Shown: positions 37,938 through 45,019 of the stretch, piece by piece | Numbering within the stretch: position 1 is the stretch's first letter | Layout: each line of letters opens with the position of its first letter | NCBI GenBank assembly: GCA_963698075.1 | Contig: OY969116.1 | Location: forward strand, 19,881-83,880 | Length of the DNA stretch: 64,000 nt | DNA from: an uncultured Candidatus Berkelbacteria bacterium | GTDB lineage: Bacteria; Patescibacteriota; UBA1384; UBA12157; JAENIV01 | Direction: 5' to 3' | The notes under the pieces: model-generated | Databases searched by the model: none | What the model saw: the letters and a program-made list of their open reading frames with translations, nothing else | Told to the model about the DNA's origin: nothing | Position numbers and translations under genes: made by a program

Positions 37938-38333
37938 ATGAAACGACGAGGTTTCACTTTAATCGAGTTATTGGTGGTCATCGCGATCATCGGCATCTTG
38001 GCTGCCATGATTTTAGTGGCGCTATCGAGTGCGCGCCAGAAGGCAAGAGTTGCTGCAGGCAAAGGTACTTTATCCGGTATTCCAGCGGCTCTTGCTATCT
38101 GTGCTGATTCGAACAACGGTGCAGGTGCAGCTGTAAACACGCCCGGGACTGACCCCATATGTTCACCTGAGACTACGGATTGGCCGGCTCTTCCTGCTGG
38201 CTGGTCGTGGGGGGCAGCAGGCGGTACACTTCTAGATCCGACTGTTGCAGGTGCTTGTGATGTTTCTAATTGTGGTGGAGCTGGAGTTACAGCTAGTTGC
38301 TCACAGACAGGCTGTACTTTTGTAGGACCTTAA
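37938..38333 (+). CDS. type IV pilin with Cys-rich, GC-richer C-terminal domain
   Basis: MKRRG|[18 protein letters not shown] class-III signal. C-terminal half has 8 Cys and many Gly/Ala. G+C is noticeably above local background. Confidence 0.8.
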   Translation: MKRRGFTLIELLVVIAIIGILAAMILVALSSARQKARVAAGKGTLSGIPAALAICADSNNGAGAAVNTPGTDPICSPETTDWPALPAGWSWGAAGGTLLDPTVAGACDVSNCGGAGVTASCSQTGCTFVGP

Positions 38334-38340
38334 TCAAGCA

Positions 38341-38423
38341 GATCAGCTCGGATGTTTGTGGAAAATGCCGTACGGCCCACAAAGTCGGGCTGATCCCTTG
38401 ACTCGTTAACTTTGTTAACGAGT
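38341..38423 (+). terminator. two consecutive hairpins: a 20-bp imperfect stem, then a perfect 10-bp stem (ACTCGTTAAC/GTTAACGAGT)
   Basis: First hairpin is GATCAGCTCGGATGTTTGTGG ... CCACAAAGTCGGGCTGATC with loop AAAATGCCGTACGGC. Both read directly. No clear U-run, so this may be a transcript-stabilising or processing structure rather than a terminator. Confidence 0.45.
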
Positions 38424-38438
38424 AATGACGAAATCAGA

Positions 38439-38801
38439 ATGGCGAATGACGAAAATAAGAAAAGAAAATTTGATTTAGAAGAAAGAACGGCCAAATTCGC
38501 TGAAGATGTTATAGATTTTACGAAAGAATTACCGCGAGATCCAAAATACATAGATACAATTAAACAGCTAATAAATGCAGTGACATCAATTGGTGCCAAC
38601 TACTGCGAAGCTGATGATGCGCAATCTAAAAGGGATTTTACGCACAAAATTGGTATTTGCAAAAAAGAATCAAGAGAAACTAAATATTGGTTAAGAATTA
38701 TTGCTAAAATATTTCCTCAATTTAAAGATAAAGCGCGAAAATTATGGCAGGAAGCAAACGAGTTAAATTTGATTTTCGGAGCCATTAATAGAAAAAAGTA
38801 A
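38439..38801 (+). CDS. four-helix-bundle protein (TIGR02436-like, Avd-like), copy 2
   Basis: MANDENKKRKFDLEERTAKF...GANYCEADDAQSKRDF.HKIGICKKESRETKYWL. Start chosen at the internal ATG (the track ORF begins at 38412). Followed by the motif CATTTAATAATTTA. Confidence 0.7.
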   Translation: MANDENKKRKFDLEERTAKFAEDVIDFTKELPRDPKYIDTIKQLINAVTSIGANYCEADDAQSKRDFTHKIGICKKESRETKYWLRIIAKIFPQFKDKARKLWQEANELNLIFGAINRKK

Positions 38802-38865
38802 TTTAGTCATTTAATAATTTATTCTGGTTTCGGATTTCTGGTTTCGTCATTATTTAAGCGTCATT

Positions 38866-39648
38866 ATGACATCATTAATCATCACTTACATTTTGATCGT
38901 TTTATTCGGCCTGGCCGTCGGTTCCTTTTTAAATGTCATCATCTTGCGTTTTGATGAATTAAAAACCATCTGGCGCGTTCGTTCTCACTGCCTGAAATGT
39001 AAAAAAGAAATCCGCTGGTACGACTTGGTGCCGTTTTTTTCCTATTTTATCTTGGGTGGCAAATGCCGCGATTGTAAAAAGCCGATTTCCTATCAATATC
39101 CGATTGTCGAAGCTTTAACAGCGGTGCTTTTTGCCGGCATTTACTATTACTACGGCCTGACTTGGCAAGCGTTACTATTAGCCATTATTTTATCAATCCT
39201 TATCTGTATTGCTGTCTATGATATTTTAAAGATGGAAATTCCCGATGTTTTGACCTATCTGGGGATTTTTTTCGCCCTTGGTTTTACCTTTTTGAAGCTT
39301 TATCAAACCAATAGCTTAGCTTTAGAAAATCTGATACCCTATGGTTACGCCATTCTCGTTGCCGGTGGTTTCTTGGGTTTTTTGGTGATTTTATCGCGGG
39401 AAAAATGGATGGGAATGGGCGATATTCTGTTGGGGATATTGATGGGAGTTCTTCTGGGGATGCCAGCGGTTTTGGTCGGTTTATTTTTCGCTTTTGTTTT
39501 GGGTTCAATTGTCGGCTTGATTTTAATTGCCGCCAAAAAAAAGACACTCAAAGATGCTGTTCCTTTCGGCCCCTTTCTTGTTTCCGGCACAATTATCGCG
39601 CTTTTTTGGGGAGAAAAGTTGGTAAACTGGTACCTTGGGATTTTCTGA
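38866..39648 (+). CDS. pilD: prepilin peptidase PilD (A24 family)
   Basis: Tetracysteine CLKCKKEI...CRDCKKPI in cytoplasmic loop 1 and multiple TM helices. Confidence 0.8.
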   Translation: MTSLIITYILIVLFGLAVGSFLNVIILRFDELKTIWRVRSHCLKCKKEIRWYDLVPFFSYFILGGKCRDCKKPISYQYPIVEALTAVLFAGIYYYYGLTWQALLLAIILSILICIAVYDILKMEIPDVLTYLGIFFALGFTFLKLYQTNSLALENLIPYGYAILVAGGFLGFLVILSREKWMGMGDILLGILMGVLLGMPAVLVGLFFAFVLGSIVGLILIAAKKKTLKDAVPFGPFLVSGTIIALFWGEKLVNWYLGIF

Positions 39649-39663
39649 CGCTTGGCGTCAGAA
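39643..39663 (+). terminator. hairpin TTCTGACGC-TTG-GCGTCAGAA overlapping the pilD stop codon
   Basis: Perfect 9-bp stem read directly. No strong U-run. Confidence 0.4.
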
Positions 39664-39706
39664 GTAATGACTAATTTCTAAATCCTAATTTCTAACAAAA
39701 ATCTAA

Positions 39707-40075
39707 ATGTCAAATAAAGAAAAGCCAAAATATGATTTAGAAGAGAGGACAGCTAAGTTTGGAGAAAATATTATCGAGTTTTGTAAAAAAATACCATTAA
39801 ATCCAATAGCAATTCCAATAATTACGCAACTTATTAAAGCGGGTACCAGCGTTGGAGCAAATTATAATGAAGCAGATTGTGCGGAAACGAAAAAGGATTT
39901 TGAGCATAAAATGGGAATTTGTAAAAAAGAATCAAAAGAGGCGAGACATTGGTTAAGAATGATTGCTAAAGCCGTGCCAGAATTAAAAGAAGAATCTAGA
40001 AAACTTTGGAAAGAGGCAAACGAATTAAACTTAATTTTTTCTTCAATTGTCAGAAAATCACGCAGTAAAATTTGA
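39707..40075 (+). CDS. four-helix-bundle protein (TIGR02436-like, Avd-like), copy 3
   Basis: KYDLEERTAKFGENIIEF...GANYNEADCAETKKDFEHKMGICKKESKEARHWL. The stop is directly followed by CATTTAATAATTTA. Flanked by inverted AAATCCTAA / TTAGGATTT repeats. Confidence 0.7.
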   Translation: MSNKEKPKYDLEERTAKFGENIIEFCKKIPLNPIAIPIITQLIKAGTSVGANYNEADCAETKKDFEHKMGICKKESKEARHWLRMIAKAVPELKEESRKLWKEANELNLIFSSIVRKSRSKI

Positions 40076-40150
40076 CATTTAATAATTTAGTATTTTATTA
40101 GACATTAGAGCTTAGGATTTAGGATTTAATAATGTATTTTGGAGGGTAAA

Positions 40151-40690
40151 ATGTTTAGACTCAACGAGGGTTTGTCAACAAAAAGATTCTCCGTCTTGCG
40201 ACGGAAAGGTTTTACTCTTATCGAGCTTTTAGTTGTCATTTTCATCATTGGTCTTTTGGCCAGTATTGTGGTGGTCAGTGTTCAGGGGGCGAGAGCGAAA
40301 GCCAGGGATGCTAAAAGAAAAGCAGACCTGCGAAGTCTTAGAACAGCCATCGAACAATATGCCAATGATAATGGTCAATATCCTGCAACATCCGGAGCTT
40401 TACACGACCCTGGTTGTACTGGAGAAAATTGTTCTTACGCGATTAGTACGTTGACAACTTCCTTAGCATCTTATCTTTCTCCCATTCCTCACGACCCCAT
40501 TGCTAGTAGACTGAATACTTATTTTCCAACTGTGCCGTCAGATTATAACTACGCCAGAGTGAGTCCTGGTTCTGGTTATGGAATACTTATGAACTTTGAC
40601 GATAGCACATCTAGCTCTCCCCACAGATGCAAAGTGGGGACTAATGTACCGTCAACTTGGTGGAGTAGTGCACCATCTTGTGAACAATAA
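40151..40690 (+). CDS. type IV pilin (long leader peptide)
   Basis: ...VLRRKG|[19 protein letters not shown]. The 20-aa leader before G-1 is unusually long. The ATG at 40139 is an alternative start. Confidence 0.7.
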   Translation: MFRLNEGLSTKRFSVLRRKGFTLIELLVVIFIIGLLASIVVVSVQGARAKARDAKRKADLRSLRTAIEQYANDNGQYPATSGALHDPGCTGENCSYAISTLTTSLASYLSPIPHDPIASRLNTYFPTVPSDYNYARVSPGSGYGILMNFDDSTSSSPHRCKVGTNVPSTWWSSAPSCEQ

Positions 40691-40714
40691 ATAAATTTTT
40701 ATGGAGGTTCATTT

Positions 40715-41200
40715 ATGGCTATTAAAAAAGGTTTTACTTTAATCGAATTAATGGTCGTCGTTTTAATTATCGGTATTTTGGCCAGCATCGTCATTGTTAA
40801 TGTTAACAATTCTCGCATTAATGCTCGCGATGCCAAAAGGGTTCAGGATCTTGATACTATTAATTCCGTGCTTCAAATGTATGCTGATGCTAATAATGGT
40901 CAATACCCAGGTTTAGCAGGGACTGGTGATGCTCGTGTGCGTAGCATTGGTGCTAGTGGTGCTTGGCTTGATTGGCCTGCTCTTGCTAGTAGTTTAACAG
41001 TCTATATTCAAACTTTGCCCAAAGATCCGATTAATAATAGTACATATTTTTACGGTTATATTGGTAACCCCTCGGGTTATAAAATTTTTGCTACAAAAAT
41101 GGAAAGTACCCAGGGTCAAAAGAAGGCCTCAGAAACGAATCCGACAATTGCAGGTCGTTACGAGATTTACACGAGTGATCATAGTGGCGTTACTTGGTAG
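40715..41200 (+). CDS. type IV pilin
   Basis: MAIKKG|FTLIELMVVVLIIGILASI with E at +5. Resembles the neighbouring pilins in the first ~60 residues. Confidence 0.8.
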   Translation: MAIKKGFTLIELMVVVLIIGILASIVIVNVNNSRINARDAKRVQDLDTINSVLQMYADANNGQYPGLAGTGDARVRSIGASGAWLDWPALASSLTVYIQTLPKDPINNSTYFYGYIGNPSGYKIFATKMESTQGQKKASETNPTIAGRYEIYTSDHSGVTW

Positions 41201-41214
41201 ATTTATGGGAGGAA

Positions 41215-41726
41215 ATGTGAAAAAGAAATTTGGTTTCACCCTAATCGAACTGATGGTCGTGGTTTTAATTATTATGCTTTTAGCGGGAGTGATTATTGTT
41301 AACGTTGATAATGCCCGTAGAAAAGCCCGCGACGCCAAAAGAGTTTCCGATTTGGGTTTGATCGCTTCCGCCCTGGAAAACTATTATGCCGATCATCATA
41401 GTTATCCAGCTGGTGGCTATTGGAGTGAATGCAACGCCTGGGGAGGATTAGCGGCAAACAATGTCATCCCAGGTCTTGTTCCCAATTATTTAAACGCTTT
41501 TCCTTCTGATCCCCAAATGGATAAAGTTAACAGCGTCTATTGTTATATATATGTATCTAATGGCAGTAATTATAAGATAATCGATCATAACGGACCCAGT
41601 ATTAATTATCTAAGTCAACCTACGCTCATAGATCCAGTAAGGGATGGAGGTACAGATTGTACTAAAGTTGATGGGACAAGTCCATGGGCATGGAGTATAT
41701 CTAGTCCTGGGGCGCCGTGTTGGTAA
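41215..41726 (+). CDS. type IV pilin
   Basis: GTG start gives MKKKFG|FTLIELMVVVLIIMLLAGV. The ORF-track upstream extension (from 41061) overlaps the previous pilin and is probably not translated. Confidence 0.7.
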
Positions 41727-41787
41727 AAATAATTTATAAAAAACTATCAATGAAAAAATCTTTCACTTTAAGCAAGGAGATAATTAA

Positions 41788-42411
41788 ATGATTGTTAAAA
41801 GGGGTTTCACACTTATCGAACTGATGGTCGTGGTTTTAATTATTTTACTGTTGGCTGGAGTGATTGTTGTCAATGTTGATCAGGCCCGCAAAAAAGCCCG
41901 CGACCAAGCCCGCATCGCCGACCTCAACAATGTCGCCTCGGCCTTAGAAGCCTATCATGCTGACACTCAACAATATCCAGCAGGAGACTTGATTGCCGGT
42001 GCTGGTACCATGGGAGAAGCGGGTAGTTATCCATTAAGTAAGTGCGCTTATGTTTACGCTGTAAAAGTATTTTTGAAAGATAGCAATTATCTTAATTCTT
42101 GTCCCCAAGAAGCATCGCTAAATTTCGCTAATTGCACTCAGTTTGGTAGTGGTGTTGAAGCTGCCTGTACCTCTGGGGGCATTCCCCAAAATACTATAAA
42201 ATACAATAATCCAAATTATGAGGGTTATCGTTATACATGCTGGTCCACTAATACGCCCTATGTTTGTGAACATTATGCATTAGCAACTTTCCTAGAAGAA
42301 AATTCAATCCCGCCCGCCACAATAGCATCTGATATTAATAACAATAAACCATCCTATAGAATTTGCGACGGTGAGCCAGATTACGGTAGTTCATGGTGTT
42401 TAAATCATTAA
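41788..42411 (+). CDS. type IV pilin
   Basis: MIVKRG|FTLIELMVVVLIILLLAGV. Variable, Cys-containing C-terminal domain. Confidence 0.8.
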   Translation: MIVKRGFTLIELMVVVLIILLLAGVIVVNVDQARKKARDQARIADLNNVASALEAYHADTQQYPAGDLIAGAGTMGEAGSYPLSKCAYVYAVKVFLKDSNYLNSCPQEASLNFANCTQFGSGVEAACTSGGIPQNTIKYNNPNYEGYRYTCWSTNTPYVCEHYALATFLEENSIPPATIASDINNNKPSYRICDGEPDYGSSWCLNH

Positions 42412-42417
42412 AACCAA

Positions 42418-42993
42418 ATGTCCAAATCTTTCACTCTAATCGAAATGTTAGTCACTATCGGCATTGTCATTTTGATTGCCGCGGTTAGCGGTCCGGCTTT
42501 GGATTCTGAACGTAATCGAGCGAATTTAGATTCTGCGGTCCAGCAATTCCGCGATCTTATCTCTCAAACTCAAGCTTATGCCTTGGCGCCGGAAAGTCCA
42601 GATGCGCAACATTATTTACTGGCAATAAATTATGGGCTTAACCAGCAAACTTTTTATGGACCTACTTTGCTTAAAAATGAATATGGAATTTATGTTGTCA
42701 AAAATAATTGGGGAACAATTACAAATATAAAAAAAGGCAAAGTTGCAGCCCTTTCTTCAATTTCAATCAACTCAAGCTCAACTGGATATATCGATCCCAA
42801 TCAATTATTCAAAATCCATTTTCGGACAACCGATGGAATCGCCGGCTGCTCAAGGGTTTATTATGAAACCTGGGGAACCACCTGCAGTTTTGCTACCAAC
42901 AGCTATGCCGAAATATCAATTGGGTTAGGCAGTCAAACTAAAATTATCAAAGTCAATAAAATTACCGGTGAAACCGAGGTTATTACTCCATGA
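42418..42993 (+). CDS. minor pilin / pseudopilin (Ser at -1)
   Basis: MSKS|FTLIEMLVTIGIVILIAA. Prepilin-like N-terminus with Ser instead of Gly before the F. Confidence 0.6.
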   Translation: MSKSFTLIEMLVTIGIVILIAAVSGPALDSERNRANLDSAVQQFRDLISQTQAYALAPESPDAQHYLLAINYGLNQQTFYGPTLLKNEYGIYVVKNNWGTITNIKKGKVAALSSISINSSSTGYIDPNQLFKIHFRTTDGIAGCSRVYYETWGTTCSFATNSYAEISIGLGSQTKIIKVNKITGETEVITP

Positions 42994-43460
42994 GAAAAAG
43001 TTTTACTTTAATTGAGGTCGTCTTTGCCGTGGGTATTATTTTAATTTTTCTCGGTGCTTTAATCGCTATTTTTAACATCGGTTCAAGAAACGCTATCGTC
43101 AGCGCTCATCGTCTGCAGGCCGCCAATTTGGCCCGGGGAGCGGCGGAAATTGCTAAAGAAGTTCGCGATACGGGCAAGGTAACCCCAGGTTGGGCTGGCA
43201 TGAATGTTGACTGCTGGTTGCCGGGCAGCGCTGCCGGTATTATCAATCATCCAAGACCTGATTGTGGTACCGTTGGTAATCTACGTTTAGGTTTTTCTGC
43301 TAAGCCAGATTCTGCGACATACGATTTGGTCACCTTTACTCGTCAAGTTACTATAACTAATGTAACCAGCGATATCAAAAAAATCACCGCCACCGTTTCT
43401 TGGAGTGATTATGGTAAAAACTATTCGGTAATAGTTGTTACCTATTTAACTAATTATTAA
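42990..43460 (+). CDS. minor pilin / pseudopilin (Ser at -1)
   Basis: MRKS|FTLIEVVFAVGIILIFLGAL. Overlaps the previous gene by 4 nt. Confidence 0.6.
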   Translation: MRKSFTLIEVVFAVGIILIFLGALIAIFNIGSRNAIVSAHRLQAANLARGAAEIAKEVRDTGKVTPGWAGMNVDCWLPGSAAGIINHPRPDCGTVGNLRLGFSAKPDSATYDLVTFTRQVTITNVTSDIKKITATVSWSDYGKNYSVIVVTYLTNY

Positions 43461-43461
43461 C

Positions 43462-43962
43462 ATGCAAAAACAAAAATCCTTTACTTTAATCGAGCTTTTG
43501 GTGGGGGTGAGTATTTTTATTGTTGTCGTCGTGATCGGTTTAGCCACAGTCGTTACCTTGAATCGGAATCGCTCAAAAACCGAAACCATTTCCAATATTC
43601 AAACATCCGGCAATTTGGCCATGGAAATAATGGTCAACAGAGTTGAGACCGCCACGAGTTACAGTTTCATTTCCGGTACCAGTACTTTAACTGTTTCCTC
43701 TGGAGGAAAAAATTATCAATTTAGTCGGGCTGTTGACGCCAACAATATAGGTTATGTGGGAATGACAGTAAGTGGTGTAACGGGAATACAACGTTTAACA
43801 TCCCCAGATGTGAATATAGGCCTAAACGATCTTAATTTCACAGGAGTTTCTGGATCATTTACCGTTAAAAATTACGTTACCATCAATCTAATTTTGCCGA
43901 GTACTTGGGTTGGAAGCACTGAAACACTTACTTTACATAGCACAGTTATCGCTCAATTATAG
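43462..43962 (+). CDS. minor pilin (Ser at -1)
   Basis: MQKQKS|[18 protein letters not shown]. Placed among the minor pilin genes. Confidence 0.55.
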   Translation: MQKQKSFTLIELLVGVSIFIVVVVIGLATVVTLNRNRSKTETISNIQTSGNLAMEIMVNRVETATSYSFISGTSTLTVSSGGKNYQFSRAVDANNIGYVGMTVSGVTGIQRLTSPDVNIGLNDLNFTGVSGSFTVKNYVTINLILPSTWVGSTETLTLHSTVIAQL

Positions 43963-43973
43963 GAAGAAATAAA

Positions 43974-44480
43974 ATGAAAAACATTTTTCAGACCAAAAAA
44001 AGCGCCGCCTTGATTATCGCCTTGCTAATTATTTCGGCTGTAGCAATTTTTGCTTTCACCGCCGCCCGGTCAATTACTGGCAGTATCGGCCGGACATCTC
44101 GGACCAGTGAAGCTATGATAGCCGAAGAAGCCGCCAAAGGCGGAATTGAATGGGGATTATTAACTTTGAAAGGTTGCAGCCCCTCTGCTCCATACCCCTC
44201 ATCTAAGACCTGTTATGTGTACAATGGAAGCGCTAATAGTGTTTGTACACTGAATTTTCCCACCGATGCCACTCCTTCTTCATGTACTACAACTATTCCC
44301 GATATCAACAAAAGATATGCTGATATTCGGGGGTATGTGACCGTGAACGTCGATCTTATCGGAAGTGTCACGGGAAAAACGGGTGAGGTCTATTCCATCG
44401 GCAAATTTGGTGGTGTTCACAAAGGACTAAAGGCGACAATAACTATTAGTCAAACAACTATCGATTATATTAATTATTAG
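43974..44480 (+). CDS. PilX-like minor pilin (N-terminal anchor without canonical cleavage motif)
   Basis: KKSAALIIALLIISAVAIFAF hydrophobic N-terminus, as in PilX N-terminal domains. Last gene of the pilin block. Confidence 0.45.
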   Translation: MKNIFQTKKSAALIIALLIISAVAIFAFTAARSITGSIGRTSRTSEAMIAEEAAKGGIEWGLLTLKGCSPSAPYPSSKTCYVYNGSANSVCTLNFPTDATPSSCTTTIPDINKRYADIRGYVTVNVDLIGSVTGKTGEVYSIGKFGGVHKGLKATITISQTTIDYINY

Positions 44481-44579
44481 AACTTGTTCAATAATCTCAA
44501 CTCTGATATATTTAATTTATGTAAAACTTACTCTATTAAGTAAATAACTTTACAGGTAAATTTATTTAAAAATATTTTT

Positions 44580-45017
44580 ATGAAAATAACAATTTTTTCC
44601 GACGGCGGAGCGCGAGGCAATCCCGGTCCTGCCGCCGTAGGCGGCAAACTCGAAATCCGAAACTCGAAATCCGAAATTAGAGAGCATAAAATCTCTAAAT
44701 ACATCGGCGAAGCTACCAACAACCAGGCAGAATACCAAGCAGTCATTGAGGCGTTGAAATGGGTTGAGGAAAATATCAAAGAATCTGATTTAGAAATCGA
44801 ATGTTTTTTGGATTCAGAATTGATTGTTGAGCAATTAAATCAACGTTACAAAATTAAAAATGAGGGACTAAAGCCTTTATTTTGGCAAATCCGTGACCTT
44901 ATGATGGCTCTGGGTGGCAAGATTTCATTTAAATATATTCCTAGAGAAAAAAACAAAGAAGCAGATAAATTGGTCAATAAAGCAATTGATGAGTCTATGG
45001 GCAAAAGTTGGGGCTGA
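44580..45017 (+). CDS. rnhA: ribonuclease HI
   Basis: IFSDGGARGNPGPAA...TNNQAEYQAVIEAL...DSELIVEQL...KNKEADKL cover the RNase H catalytic D-E-D-D residues. Contains an internal 14-nt tandem duplication (AACTCGAAATCCGA x2). Confidence 0.8.
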   Translation: MKITIFSDGGARGNPGPAAVGGKLEIRNSKSEIREHKISKYIGEATNNQAEYQAVIEALKWVEENIKESDLEIECFLDSELIVEQLNQRYKIKNEGLKPLFWQIRDLMMALGGKISFKYIPREKNKEADKLVNKAIDESMGKSWG

Positions 45018-45019
45018 CT

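Noticed and set aside
37450-44480. Diversity-generating retroelement (DGR) targeting pilins, suggested by the three Avd-like four-helix-bundle genes
   Set aside because: No reverse-transcriptase ORF exists anywhere in the window. No template/variable repeat pair was found. The one protein-segment similarity (58378-59145 C-terminus vs 59293-59892) differs mainly at codon third positions in a GC-shift pattern, not at adenine-specific sites.
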